This document shows positions 49,450-59,282 of a stretch of 64,000 nucleotides of DNA, in pieces. The notes beneath the pieces were generated by a model. The model saw only the letters and a program-made list of their open reading frames with translations. It ran no database searches and was not told the DNA's origin. Numbering within the stretch: the first letter of the stretch is position 1; each line of letters begins with the position of its first letter. The stretch lies in NCBI GenBank assembly GCA_000146465.1, contig CP001946.1. The stretch is one strand, 5' to 3'. The position numbers and the translations under genes were made by a program.

Positions 49450-50040
49450 ATGAATGGAATTGAAGACAGCAATCCATTTGAAGAGCTTAAAGAATATGAA
49501 GTGGTTGTGGCATACGACGATGAAAACAAGAAGCTTTCCAACGTAATGAAGGATAGAGGGCTTGATTATGTCGAGGTGAATCTGGCGGTTTCTGAGAAGC
49601 TCAGGACAGAATTTATGAAACATTTTAGAGTTTCTGAACTCCCTGTGCTCTTGATTGAAGGAATACCTGCTCTTGACGATCCAAGTGAAAGGATTAAGGA
49701 GTATATTGAGAGAAAAGAGAAAAAATCCTTAGAGAAAATTCAGAGTGTGATTGATCCTAACAAGATTACTCTTTTCATTAAGGGATCCCCCGAACATCCA
49801 AGATGTGGATTCACCAAGTCCCTTATAGAAATTTTGTATGGCTTAGGAGTAACAAGGGATAAAATAGAATACCTTGATGTTCTTTCAGATGAGGATATTA
49901 GGGAGAGACTAAAAGAAATAAACAGATGGCCCACTTTTCCACAGGTATACATTAGGGGCCGATTCATAGGGGGGTTGGATATTGTCCGAAAGATGTCTGA
50001 AAAAGGAAAGCTTAAAGATGAACTCTCAGGAATAATCTGA
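49450..50040 (+). CDS. Monothiol glutaredoxin (Trx-like N-domain + CGFS-type Grx domain, Grx3/4/PICOT-like)
   Basis: LFIKGSPEHPRCGFTKSLIEIL...WPTFPQVYIRGRFIGGLDIV matches the monothiol Grx consensus (MKG.P..P.CGFS.......WPT.PQL...GE..GG.DI). Confidence 0.8.
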   Translation: MNGIEDSNPFEELKEYEVVVAYDDENKKLSNVMKDRGLDYVEVNLAVSEKLRTEFMKHFRVSELPVLLIEGIPALDDPSERIKEYIERKEKKSLEKIQSVIDPNKITLFIKGSPEHPRCGFTKSLIEILYGLGVTRDKIEYLDVLSDEDIRERLKEINRWPTFPQVYIRGRFIGGLDIVRKMSEKGKLKDELSGII

Positions 50041-50100
50041 AAATAAAACCTGTTGTTTGTATTCTTGATACATATTAAAAGAATTCCAACAAACAAAAAG

Positions 50101-51315
50101 ATGAAGTACCTTTCTCGAGGGATGTTCTATTTGTTCTTCATGCTTACGTATCTTGCCCAGATGATAGAGGTCTTGAATGTATTGATCACCAAAAGTCATC
50201 TGGACTCTGGACAAACAGGAATTGAAGAAGGACTAGCAACAAACGAAATGGCAAAGAAAGATCAGGACTATGCCCCCAAAGCCAAGAAAGCAATAGGAAA
50301 AAGAAACAAGGAGCTACTTGAGGATATAGTGGCACACACTATCCATTTTACCGCCAACATCTTGTTCTTTACTGGGATTGGAAAATCGTTTAGCATGAGA
50401 ATACTTGGCAAGATCTTTGGGGAGATATTTGACCTTGAGATTGTGTTCCTTACAGCCGTAATTTCGATGATTTCCCTTGATGGTTTTATAGAGTATATTG
50501 TCTGCTTGGTATATAAGAATCCGTCGCTAGAAATGATTTTCTTGTGGTGTTTCTTTGCAATTGTATTTGTTATCCCAACATGTATCCTCATTTCTATAAA
50601 GCTCTTGAGGATCTTTGGATCCAGTTTCGTAATTTCCTGTTATCTCTCCTACTTCATTCTGGAGATATCTGATATCTTATCTGTATCCAATGTGGATTTT
50701 AGTAAGATGGAGAAGGTGCCATCAAATATATTTTCGGAGAATGTCCAGGTTCTTATGAAGGACAGAGGGCTTTCGGATTCTATCTATAGAGAAATAAATC
50801 CGGGAAAGAACGTCAATGCAGCTCTTATAGGGATTGGCGGTGCTGAGAGGATTGAAATCTACGGAAAAGTCGAGAATATGAACGATGGACAGCTGGAATC
50901 TATATTGATTCATGAAGTAGGACATTCCTATGATGGAAGTTTGGTCAAGAAGATATCGGTCTTTTTGATTCTTCTGGGTTTTGAAATGATGCTTTTAGTA
51001 TTCTTGTACGATAACATAGCAAAAGAATTCATATGGAACAATATTTCGAAGGAGGGGTCATTTGTAGTGCTTGTATGCCTTTATTTTGCATCAATCCGTC
51101 CATGGTTGTTTATTCTGTATAACCTTACGTCTCAAAGTGCAGAGATGTACGCAGACCTTTTAACAAAACAATATAACTACAATGGAAAGCTGGCAGATAC
51201 TCTATACAAGATATCTGTGGACTCCTTTGATTTCCTGGCACCATCCTGGCTGTACAACAGCTTAAACTCGTTACATCCCAGTATAATGAACAGGATTGAA
51301 TATCTAAGCAACTAA
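50101..51315 (+). CDS. Ste24-like M48 zinc metalloprotease, paralog B (tandem duplicate of 48198-49424)
   Basis: Same architecture as paralog A: NAALIGIGGAERIEIYG, HExxH LIHEVGHS, SQSAEMYAD, C-terminal SLHPSIMNRIEYL. The preferred start is the Met at 50101. Confidence 0.75.
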   Translation: MKYLSRGMFYLFFMLTYLAQMIEVLNVLITKSHLDSGQTGIEEGLATNEMAKKDQDYAPKAKKAIGKRNKELLEDIVAHTIHFTANILFFTGIGKSFSMRILGKIFGEIFDLEIVFLTAVISMISLDGFIEYIVCLVYKNPSLEMIFLWCFFAIVFVIPTCILISIKLLRIFGSSFVISCYLSYFILEISDILSVSNVDFSKMEKVPSNIFSENVQVLMKDRGLSDSIYREINPGKNVNAALIGIGGAERIEIYGKVENMNDGQLESILIHEVGHSYDGSLVKKISVFLILLGFEMMLLVFLYDNIAKEFIWNNISKEGSFVVLVCLYFASIRPWLFILYNLTSQSAEMYADLLTKQYNYNGKLADTLYKISVDSFDFLAPSWLYNSLNSLHPSIMNRIEYLSN

Positions 51316-51399
51316 TAAATCTTTAGAACATTTCGAGTGGGTCTTGAGGCTTTGGACGGAGTTTCTTTAGTGGGATTTGAAATCTGATGAGTCCTGTAA

Positions 51400-52113
51400 A
51401 TGCGCATCCCCAGGATGGAAGATTTTAAACAAAGTGTAAACACCTACAGCTCAGAAGGAAGAATACATCAGATTGAGTATGCAATGAAGGCGATGAATCT
51501 TGGAACAACAACAATAGGAATAAGAACCAAGGATTTTGCAATATTGTGCTCTGAGAAGAAAATATTATCTACTTTGCAGAATCCTAGAACAGTAGTGAAA
51601 CATTATGAGATCTACGACCACATTGTGCTTGGCTTTTCGGGGATAAGCGGAGACACAAAGACTATTGTAAAGAAATCTCGAGATTTTTGCATTTCTCATA
51701 TGCATATGTATGGAGAAAATGCTAGTGTAGAGAGGCTTCTGAAGTATCTTTCCAGCCTGAGTCTAAGGTTTGGAGAGGAGGACGAGGCTAAAATGATATT
51801 TCGAAGGCCTTTTGGAGTCTCACTAATTGTGGCAGGGTTTGATAGCGAGCCCAGGTTATATTCTTTGGATCCTTCCGGATCATATGTTAGCTACAAAGCA
51901 AAGGCTATAGGATCCGGACATGAAGTGGTTGAGGGTATTCTCGAGAACGAATATGAAGAATACAAGGAGCTTGACCAGTCCTTGAAAAAGGCTCTTTACA
52001 CCCTGTCAAAAGTGATGAAGGACAAGATCAATAAGGAGAATGTAGAGGTTGTGACGGTTACAAAAGAGGGAAACAAGTTTCTGACTCCAGAAGAAATATC
52101 GGTATATCTATGA
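51400..52113 (+). CDS. 20S proteasome alpha-type subunit (second alpha paralog in the window)
   Basis: YSSEGRIHQIEYAMKAM..GTTTIGIRTKDF alpha signature. Confidence 0.85.
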   Translation: MRIPRMEDFKQSVNTYSSEGRIHQIEYAMKAMNLGTTTIGIRTKDFAILCSEKKILSTLQNPRTVVKHYEIYDHIVLGFSGISGDTKTIVKKSRDFCISHMHMYGENASVERLLKYLSSLSLRFGEEDEAKMIFRRPFGVSLIVAGFDSEPRLYSLDPSGSYVSYKAKAIGSGHEVVEGILENEYEEYKELDQSLKKALYTLSKVMKDKINKENVEVVTVTKEGNKFLTPEEISVYL

Positions 52114-52141
52114 ATGAATTTCTAGGAATCTGTTTTTATGT

Positions 52142-53050
52142 TTATGTTTCATCAGGTATGTCATACGTACTTAGATATCTATTTTTCTTCCTTACTCCTA
52201 TCTTCGTGCAGTATTCAGACTCAAAACTTACTTCACTGTCGGTATAGTCTTTTTTATAGTGCTTTTTGAGTTCAACAATAGCTCTGGTTAGAGAGTCTCT
52301 CTCTTTTAGTAGGCTAAACAAGGAAGGACTATAGACTCTATTCAAGATAGACTTAAGTTCTTCGTCTGTTGGAAGACATTTTCTTGCAAACTCTTTGAAG
52401 TAGAACTCGTCGACTTTTGGATTTCTATGAACTATGAGTCTTAATGCCTCAAGGAGACCTAGTTCATGGTATATGTACTTCAAAGACTCCAAGGAAAGTT
52501 GTTCCATATATTTTCTGTTGCAATGCTTTTTAAACAAGGCAATCTTTGAATTTCCGCACAGCTTATCCTTACATCCGTTGTTGTTATTGCAAAAATCCTC
52601 AAGAATCTTAGTGAAGTAGCTAAAGACATCGATGCTGAAATGAGTAAATAAGTATTTCAATATTCTGCCGATTATCTTGTTGTATGTATCCGATCCACAG
52701 CAAACCTTTTCGTTTTGTGTCTTCTCATGTATGAATATTTGTAATAGTAGCCGTTCTATTGTTTCATCACGGAAGTTTAAGGATGCAATCCTCTGCATTG
52801 CACCATCATAGTCCTCAAAATAGATATAGTTGTATAGTATTTCATGATTATATATAACCTTTTGGTTCCCGACTAGCTTGTGCTGAAGAGCTTGAATAGC
52901 CTTGTTTTTTTGGTTAGTTCTTCTGTAGATGCTTGCTAAGACCGAAGGATTTCTCCTCAAAATCTTCTTTGTTATACTTTTGTCCAACAGGCCTGTGTCA
53001 CAGTTGGGTGTCCCAAAAATAACCAAGTCCTTTTTTCTTATCAAGCTCAT
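52142..53050 (-). CDS. Hypothetical protein (302 aa)
   Basis: Long ORF with coding-like composition and several Cys pairs (CCGSDT; CKDKLCGNS). No recognisable family. Confidence 0.4.
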   Translation of the reverse strand: MSLIRKKDLVIFGTPNCDTGLLDKSITKKILRRNPSVLASIYRRTNQKNKAIQALQHKLVGNQKVIYNHEILYNYIYFEDYDGAMQRIASLNFRDETIERLLLQIFIHEKTQNEKVCCGSDTYNKIIGRILKYLFTHFSIDVFSYFTKILEDFCNNNNGCKDKLCGNSKIALFKKHCNRKYMEQLSLESLKYIYHELGLLEALRLIVHRNPKVDEFYFKEFARKCLPTDEELKSILNRVYSPSLFSLLKERDSLTRAIVELKKHYKKDYTDSEVSFESEYCTKIGVRKKNRYLSTYDIPDET

Positions 53051-53183
53051 GGATATTGATCTTAGGGTTTTGTATAAAATTCACATAATTGGTTGGTATG
53101 ATGTTCTGGAGAAATCGGCTTGTGATTGGACATTCAGTATAAGTGGGATTGGACGAGTATTGGATATAAGAAAGAGGAAAGCA

Positions 53184-54149
53184 ATGGGGATGGACACCAA
53201 GATTAAGATAGATCTAGACAAGGAGATGTATCCCGGGGGGTCTGAAGTAAGAGGAGCCGTTGACATAAAGATGAGGAGTCCTCTTCGGATAAGTAAGATA
53301 AATCTGGTGTTCTCTAAGACAACAAGACTAAAGATACAGGAGATTGAGAGAAAGGAAAATACAGAGAACAACGAAGTCGAGAAGATATATGATGGATACA
53401 GACATGAATTTGAGATATACTCAAGTGATGACCCATTAGAAGAGGTATCTAGTGGGCACCATCGATTCCCATTCCGATTCATGCTCCGGAGAGAAGACGA
53501 AGGATCTCTTGAAATAAAAGGAGTCTACTTTGATATCCTGTGCAATATAAGAAGTATATACGACTTATATGCAGAGATTTATATCCTTGGAGTTCACAAT
53601 CCGGCATATACTGTCCGAAGAGAGATACAAATAGTAGATCCCATCATGGAGCCCAGGAACTTTAATACAGCCATTGATGTGCTATCACCCATCTGCTTTC
53701 TAAGTAGGAGATATAACATCCGTCTTGAAGTTGACAAGGAATTCTATTACTCGGGAGACTGTCTAGTTACTGAAGCTTCTATACCATCTAAGAAGCCCAA
53801 GATTAAGAGAATGGAGTGCTTTATATATGAAATTCTCAGCGTTTCTGTGGAAGGAAAAGAGATTCTTAGGACAAAATACATTGGAGGGGGAGAGGCCGAA
53901 CATTATGATGGTGGAAGAGTCCTTCGGGCATCCCTGAAGATACCTTCAACAACACCATCCACTGTCATGGGCAGTAACTTCAGCATAAGAGTTGTTTTGT
54001 TCATAAACCTTGAGCTGTATAGAGGAACACCTGTCCGAATCAAGAAATACATTCATGTCATCAAGAAAAATATAATTCATCCAGAAATTGATTGTATGGA
54101 TGTTCTTGAGGGAGAAATATATCCGGAAAGAATACTTGTATTACCATAG
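53184..54149 (+). CDS. Arrestin-fold protein (arrestin-related / Vps26-like beta-sandwich)
   Basis: From the Met at 53184, IKIDLDKEMYPGGSEVRGAVDIKMRSPLRISKINLVFSKT is the typical arrestin N-domain pattern. The first 85 codons of the track ORF overlap the upstream convergent gene and are unlikely to be coding. Confidence 0.5.
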   Translation: MGMDTKIKIDLDKEMYPGGSEVRGAVDIKMRSPLRISKINLVFSKTTRLKIQEIERKENTENNEVEKIYDGYRHEFEIYSSDDPLEEVSSGHHRFPFRFMLRREDEGSLEIKGVYFDILCNIRSIYDLYAEIYILGVHNPAYTVRREIQIVDPIMEPRNFNTAIDVLSPICFLSRRYNIRLEVDKEFYYSGDCLVTEASIPSKKPKIKRMECFIYEILSVSVEGKEILRTKYIGGGEAEHYDGGRVLRASLKIPSTTPSTVMGSNFSIRVVLFINLELYRGTPVRIKKYIHVIKKNIIHPEIDCMDVLEGEIYPERILVLP

Positions 54150-54215
54150 AGTTTTTATAAGTTGGATGATTTGAAGATTCCTGATGGAGGAGGCCCCCAG
54201 AGTATGTAGTGTTTA

Positions 54216-54884
54216 CTAGTCTTTCTTCCTATTCTTGCATGCCTTGACCTTTCTAGACCATTTCCGTTGTCTTAGCATGTGGGAGAACAAGAAGATGAAT
54301 CCGGGAATATACACCACACCAGCCAATACTACAAAGTAAGAGAGTATTTTTCCTAGGGAGTAATACAGAGTTTTCAGGCAGTACATCTCAAGTGCAAATC
54401 CTATCGGAGATGTTAGGAGAAACAAGTTGTATCGAATGACTCTAATTGTGTCAACACGAAACATATAGAAAACATATCTTATCGAGTCCGAAAGATACCA
54501 GCATGTTGTTATAATGGGGAAAGTCCAGTCGATAATTCCATAGTACCAGAAAACAACCCAAATGATGAACATCCGGGATACTAGCTGCATCACTGTGGGA
54601 ACATATCTAGCATTGCTTTTTTTTGCACATATATTTGCTACTTCCATCAGAAAAAATGTTTGGCAGAGCCCAGCCTCTCTTAGGTATTTTGGATCCATTG
54701 TCTTGTAGAACATTAGGCTGGTTGAAAGAGCTACTATACAGATAATAAAGCCAACAGTATTGTATATTCTTATATAACTTAGGTACACCATTATCAGGGG
54801 GTGTATTTTGGAAATTGTCTCTGTTCTATTATCGATTTTGGCGGATGGACATTTAGGCACTTTATTGAGGAAAAGGGATGCCAA
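54216..54884 (-). CDS. PHS1: Very-long-chain 3-hydroxyacyl-CoA dehydratase (Phs1/HACD, PTPLA family)
   Basis: Multi-TM protein. ITTCWYLSDSIRYVFYMF matches the PTPLA T.WS.TE.IRY.FY motif containing the catalytic Tyr. Confidence 0.7.
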   Translation of the reverse strand: MASLFLNKVPKCPSAKIDNRTETISKIHPLIMVYLSYIRIYNTVGFIICIVALSTSLMFYKTMDPKYLREAGLCQTFFLMEVANICAKKSNARYVPTVMQLVSRMFIIWVVFWYYGIIDWTFPIITTCWYLSDSIRYVFYMFRVDTIRVIRYNLFLLTSPIGFALEMYCLKTLYYSLGKILSYFVVLAGVVYIPGFIFLFSHMLRQRKWSRKVKACKNRKKD

Positions 54885-54970
54885 GGGATTGAGTTTAGGA
54901 ACGTGTGTGTGTATGGTCTGTATTCCAGATTATTATGCTTTAAGCATGAGTAAGCGGGAGTTTTGTTCTC

Positions 54971-55906
54971 TTGAATAAAATATTTCAAGTTGCAGACCCC
55001 ATGCAAATATTCATAGGAAAGATCCCAAGTCACGTTAGCGAGGAACAAATCAAGGAGTATTTTGGACAGTTTGGAGAGGTCACGGATTTGAGCTTGAAGG
55101 GAACATACGGATTCCTTAATTTCGATTCCGAAAGCAGTATAACAAGGGTTCTTAACCAGAGATCCCACGCCATTGATGGCTTGCCCATATCTGTGGAAAG
55201 AGCCAATGGACGAAAAAGACCTCTTGATGGAGAATACCATGATAGATACATGGACATGGGACGAGGAGGATACTCCCCCCATCGGGACTATCGAGGATTT
55301 CGAAACGCACCCTATCCCCCCTCTATGAGATACGATGGTAGATCTCCAGGAAGATATGACCCGAGGTTTCCCGATCGATACGGAGGTAGGTCACCGGAAT
55401 ACCGTGGAGATGGCTTTCGAGGAGACCCTCAAAGGAGCAGAGACTTCTGTGAGTATTGTAACTCATGTCCCATCCATGGCATAAGGGATGTGGTGGATTC
55501 AAGAAAAAGACTACATACCACAAGGGATCATCCTAACAATCATCTGAAGGTAGTTTTTGAGAACATTGCTCCGAATACAACTGTTGAAGACTTCAAGAAC
55601 TTTGTGCATGATCATGGTTTTGAGCCTTCCTATGCAAGGCTTGGATATAGTGGAAATCATGCTGTTCTTGAATTCAAAAACATTGAGGACAAGGATAATG
55701 TCATGAAGAAGCTCGATGGAGTAGAATTCAATGGCCATGTTCTCAAGACCAGATCCTATCTTTCCAAGGATGAGTACAAGAGCAGAGAAAGGGAAAGTTA
55801 TACGAGAAATGAACTCCAGCCAACTGATACAAACTCATCAGAGCCACAAGGTACGACTGGTGATATTTATGAAGGGATTGAGGACGGAAAGGCTGAAAAT
55901 GATTAA
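54971..55906 (+). CDS. SR-like RNA-binding protein (RRM + pseudo-RRM with an Arg/Gly/Pro/Asp/Tyr-rich linker)
   Basis: RRM1 IFIGKIPSHVSEEQIKEYFGQFGEV...GFLNFDSE. The linker is GRSPGRYDPRFPDRYGGRSPEYRGDGFRGD. The second RRM-like domain is LKVVFENIAPNTTVEDFKNF...AVLEFKNIEDKDNVMKKLDGVEF. Confidence 0.7.
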   Translation: MNKIFQVADPMQIFIGKIPSHVSEEQIKEYFGQFGEVTDLSLKGTYGFLNFDSESSITRVLNQRSHAIDGLPISVERANGRKRPLDGEYHDRYMDMGRGGYSPHRDYRGFRNAPYPPSMRYDGRSPGRYDPRFPDRYGGRSPEYRGDGFRGDPQRSRDFCEYCNSCPIHGIRDVVDSRKRLHTTRDHPNNHLKVVFENIAPNTTVEDFKNFVHDHGFEPSYARLGYSGNHAVLEFKNIEDKDNVMKKLDGVEFNGHVLKTRSYLSKDEYKSRERESYTRNELQPTDTNSSEPQGTTGDIYEGIEDGKAEND

Positions 55907-55940
55907 AAACCTTGGATCACTTTACTAGACATTTTTGGGG

Positions 55941-56285
55941 TCATGGTTTTACTCCTTGGGCAGTTCCATCATTCCTGAGCAGTAATTTTCCGATCAGTGC
56001 AGTGTTTGTTCTATAGTTTTTCTTGAATGTCACAATGTAATTTGTGTTTCTAAGCAATATAGAGCTCGTGTTCTCTTTCAGAAATATTTTACTGCCGGCT
56101 CCGAAATCTATTGGGTCGATGAAATAAACAACCTTGTATCCAGACTCGTTCTGAACCAGTGCCTTATGCATGCCCTCTGTATGTTCTGTTCCTGCTTTTA
56201 AAGAAAGTAGAGGTTTGGATATGCACAATATTTCAATAACTTTATATCCGCCTTTGTCCAGTGAGATTGGATCTTTACGCATCAA
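55941..56285 (-). CDS. Hypothetical small protein (114 aa), possibly an OB/beta-barrel fold
   Basis: ORF in a tight convergent spacer. Beta-rich composition. Cannot be assigned to a family. Confidence 0.3.
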   Translation of the reverse strand: MMRKDPISLDKGGYKVIEILCISKPLLSLKAGTEHTEGMHKALVQNESGYKVVYFIDPIDFGAGSKIFLKENTSSILLRNTNYIVTFKKNYRTNTALIGKLLLRNDGTAQGVKP

Positions 56286-56338
56286 AGGGCCTTGAAGATG
56301 GAAGTTGTTTTGAACAAAGGAAGTAGGAGAAACGTATT

Positions 56339-57553
56339 TTAATGAGTGTTTTTATCTTTCTCTGGTCTAAGAAAGAGCTTCAGAATCATTTGGACTGCTA
56401 GGCTGAAGACAAGAAACACATGACCTGCAAAATACACACCTTTCCATACATGTATAAGATCGGAGATGCTCAGAAGAAAGAAGGAGGTGGTGAAATATGT
56501 TGTAAGAAGAAGCATCTGGATTCTAGACAGTATCCAGAACAGGGATGGACAAAAGCGTTGAAGCAACTTGTTGTTTTCCTTTACAATTGGTATGGAGGAT
56601 GAGAAGGAAAGAAACATTATCAAATAGCATGGATTTATGCCATGCCAGAGTGCGGAAACACCAGATGTTGCTATGCTTGCCCAAAATATGGACTTTTCTT
56701 TCATCGGGAGGAAAAAGCAATTTTTCAGCCAAATCCCAGTACATATATTCCAGTAGGTACTTAGGTCCTTTACACTTGTTGCTAACTCTACTTTCATGAA
56801 GTCAGCATTTAGAAGGTCTGGGAAGTTCTGGAACGCAAAGCATCCATGAGAGAAGTGCCAAGCAAAGTAGAACTTTATCCTATTTCCCACTGTGAAGAGG
56901 TACAAATAAATAAGCCTTGATAGTAACGAAGTGTTCTCTTCCAAAAGATGGCTCCTTGGAACACTTATTCTTAAGGCTTGGAAGAGAATCAGAAATGCAA
57001 AAGATTTTAGAAAAGTTCCATAGGGAGGTCTTTTTGGCTCTTCGTACTTATTTTGGATGAAATCTTTAAATGTTGGGGTTGGACCTAGCATAAGGCCTGG
57101 TGTAAACAACATGTACGAAAGGGCATCCTTTATGGAGTTCGTCTTCCTGTCATATTCCTTTCCAAGATAGCACATTTTTATGGTCATCAACATTAAAACT
57201 CCGGAGATGTCGAATGATCCTGAAATTCTTTCTTCAAATAAAGGTCCGAAGATTTTGTAAATGTAAAGGATTAGAATGTTGAACAGAGTAAACGAATACT
57301 CTGACATCGGGATGTACTTGAGAAGGAGGGAATTTAGGAAGATCGATCCAAGTATATATGCAGTGTGCTTGTAATCAAAGGCAATGTACAGAATCAACAT
57401 TGCGGATAGTAGATGATGGGCTCTTGCCCTATTTCTCATAGTATAACTTGTGAATAATGTTAGAAAAAGGGAAGCCAGGAATCTGCGCTCCAAATGGCTT
57501 ACCTCTGAGATTTTCCTTATCATTAAGAGCAGAAAATTTCCAGCTATTTTCAA
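56339..57553 (-). CDS. MBOAT-family membrane-bound O-acyltransferase (lysophospholipid acyltransferase, Ale1-like)
   Basis: Multi-TM protein. WNICTGIWLKNCFF...IATSGVSALWHGINPCYLIMF matches the MBOAT core WN..T..WL..YVY.......SA.WHG...GY, with the conserved His in WHG. Confidence 0.75.
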   Translation of the reverse strand: MKIAGNFLLLMIRKISEVSHLERRFLASLFLTLFTSYTMRNRARAHHLLSAMLILYIAFDYKHTAYILGSIFLNSLLLKYIPMSEYSFTLFNILILYIYKIFGPLFEERISGSFDISGVLMLMTIKMCYLGKEYDRKTNSIKDALSYMLFTPGLMLGPTPTFKDFIQNKYEEPKRPPYGTFLKSFAFLILFQALRISVPRSHLLEENTSLLSRLIYLYLFTVGNRIKFYFAWHFSHGCFAFQNFPDLLNADFMKVELATSVKDLSTYWNICTGIWLKNCFFLPMKEKSIFWASIATSGVSALWHGINPCYLIMFLSFSSSIPIVKENNKLLQRFCPSLFWILSRIQMLLLTTYFTTSFFLLSISDLIHVWKGVYFAGHVFLVFSLAVQMILKLFLRPEKDKNTH

Positions 57554-57614
57554 AAGATATTTCGTGAATTTGATTGATAGAGACCAAGACAGTTTTGGAG
57601 ATATGAAATAAATG

Positions 57615-58301
57615 TCATCCAGTCAATTTATTGAGATATTGTTGTAATCTTTCCTTCTTTTTCTGGGGAATGAAAGTAGAATTCACACGCTGAGTAAGAT
57701 CTCCAATATTTACCTCATCTAGATGCATCTCTTCCCAAGATTTCAAAAAGATTTCCATATTGCCTCCCTCATCGCAAGCCAATAGACAGTGAAGGGCTAC
57801 TTCTGCTGGATCACCCGTAAAGTTCCTGAGAGCCCATTCCTTCACTATCTCGGGATAAATATCCATTTTAATGCCAAAATCGCTACATTCCTTAACGCTA
57901 CTAATATAGCATGCTACATCTGCCATGTCCTTGTAATTGATCTTTGCATATCCACCGCTCAGTTTCAGCAACTTCAACTCCTTTTCTACGAGCTCTATCT
58001 GGGAGTCTCCCAAGTAAAAGCAGCCTTGAACATCTACGGGCGGCAACAGATTCCATATGGAGCTAGATGGAATAGAGTCATGAATTTTCTCAAGATCTAA
58101 TGGATTTTCAACGAGTTCGAGTACATGCTTGATCTCTGTATACCTATTGCCCCTTTTTACTATAAAAGTGTTAGATGAAGACACTTTTTTTACTGTGTAT
58201 CCTTTGTCTGGAGACAGGACTTGTGCTTGTGATGTCCCTGTCAGGACTGACATTTCCCTGCTTCCCGATACAAGCAAAAGTGTTTTTTCTCCGATGCCCA
58301 T
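57615..58301 (-). CDS. Hypothetical protein (228 aa)
   Basis: Long ORF. Its ATG overlaps a plus-strand ATG head to head (CCCATGG). No family assignment. Confidence 0.4.
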   Translation of the reverse strand: MGIGEKTLLLVSGSREMSVLTGTSQAQVLSPDKGYTVKKVSSSNTFIVKRGNRYTEIKHVLELVENPLDLEKIHDSIPSSSIWNLLPPVDVQGCFYLGDSQIELVEKELKLLKLSGGYAKINYKDMADVACYISSVKECSDFGIKMDIYPEIVKEWALRNFTGDPAEVALHCLLACDEGGNMEIFLKSWEEMHLDEVNIGDLTQRVNSTFIPQKKKERLQQYLNKLTG

Positions 58302-58791
58302 GGAAGAGAAATTTTACTCGGAGGATATTAAGTCTGTTAGCTGTGATTTGGATGAGGCCAGATCTTCTATCCAGAACGAGGTTCTTGATGTAAAAAGTGA
58401 CTTGCTATCGGTGTATCTTATGAATCTTGTTCTTTACAAGGAGATGGATTCGGAAGATAGAAAAGGAAGCCCAGTAGAAGAAATGTTGAGCAAGACAAGT
58501 ATTCTTCTTGAGAAAATATGTGCTATTGAGCGTAGAGCTGGGAGTCTCGGGGAGGTGCCCCAAAGCGAAGAAAACAAGGGCAGTGTGGAAGAGGAAGATC
58601 CTGCAGAAGAGGGAAAGAGAACAATAACAGACAAAATGAAAAAAAATAAGTTCGTTAAGAAGAGAAAGGCAGAAGATCGAATACCAAGGCTTAAATATAA
58701 AAACAAGGCCAGAAAGCTTGCAGAAATGGCAGAGATAAAGCATGATGGAAATATAGACACCAAGAAGCCAAGCTTTAATAAATTTGACTAG
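58294..58791 (+). CDS. Hypothetical Lys/Glu-rich protein (possible nucleolar or ribosome-biogenesis factor)
   Basis: An ORF from the internal Met (MPMEEKF...) with a KKNKFVKKRKAEDRIPRLKYKNKARK basic tail. Upstream in-frame codons overlap the divergent gene. Confidence 0.4.
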   Translation: MPMEEKFYSEDIKSVSCDLDEARSSIQNEVLDVKSDLLSVYLMNLVLYKEMDSEDRKGSPVEEMLSKTSILLEKICAIERRAGSLGEVPQSEENKGSVEEEDPAEEGKRTITDKMKKNKFVKKRKAEDRIPRLKYKNKARKLAEMAEIKHDGNIDTKKPSFNKFD

Positions 58792-58884
58792 AGACTTTAG
58801 AATGGAGTTTCTGGGAAATGCTTATGTTTTTTCTTCTTGGGACTATTAGGTTTAATTCCAAAAAAAAATTTGCCCTGAATAGAG

Positions 58885-59211
58885 ATGAGTGGAAAGAGCA
58901 GCAAGGGTGACAACGTTACATCTGCACTTCTGTTAGCGATGAAGACTGGAGAATGTATTGTTGGATTTAAGAGGGCCATAAAGTCTATCATTATGAAGAG
59001 GGCAAAATGCCTTGTTATTTCATCAAATTACCCATCCACAAAGAGGAAGCAGCTTGAGTATTACAGTGTCCTTGCAGGGGGACTTCCTATTATTTTCCAC
59101 AATGCTAACAACGAGGAGCTAGGAAACATCACCGAGAGAGGGCATAGACTGGGATGCATTTCGATCATTGATCAAGGTGAGGCAGATCTAATACCTGCAA
59201 AGGGAGAATAA
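58885..59211 (+). CDS. RPL30: 60S ribosomal protein eL30
   Basis: LLLAMKTGECIVGFKRAIKSIIMKRAKCLVISSNYPSTKRKQLEYYSVLAGGLPIIFHNANNEELG...IIDQGEADLI aligns with eL30 (LVMKSGKY.LGYK.TLK.IR.GKAKLVILA.NCP.LRKSEIEYYAML...NIELGTACGK...IIDPGDSDII). Confidence 0.9.
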   Translation: MSGKSSKGDNVTSALLLAMKTGECIVGFKRAIKSIIMKRAKCLVISSNYPSTKRKQLEYYSVLAGGLPIIFHNANNEELGNITERGHRLGCISIIDQGEADLIPAKGE

Positions 59212-59282
59212 AAGTTATTTAATTGATTTCTTGTGTATATTGGTCTAGTAGAATTTCCTGCCCTTACAAAATAAAACTTTAA

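Noticed and set aside
52929-53183. The first 85 codons of the track's 406-aa ORF (52929-54149)
   Set aside because: They overlap the 3' end of the convergent 302-aa gene and encode a hydrophobic, low-complexity peptide. The arrestin-like domain begins right after the internal Met at 53184, which I take as the start.
54794-55282. 162-aa minus-strand ORF overlapping the PHS1 start and the SR-like gene
   Set aside because: It spans two well-supported genes on either strand, and its translation lacks motifs. It is most likely a chance ORF.
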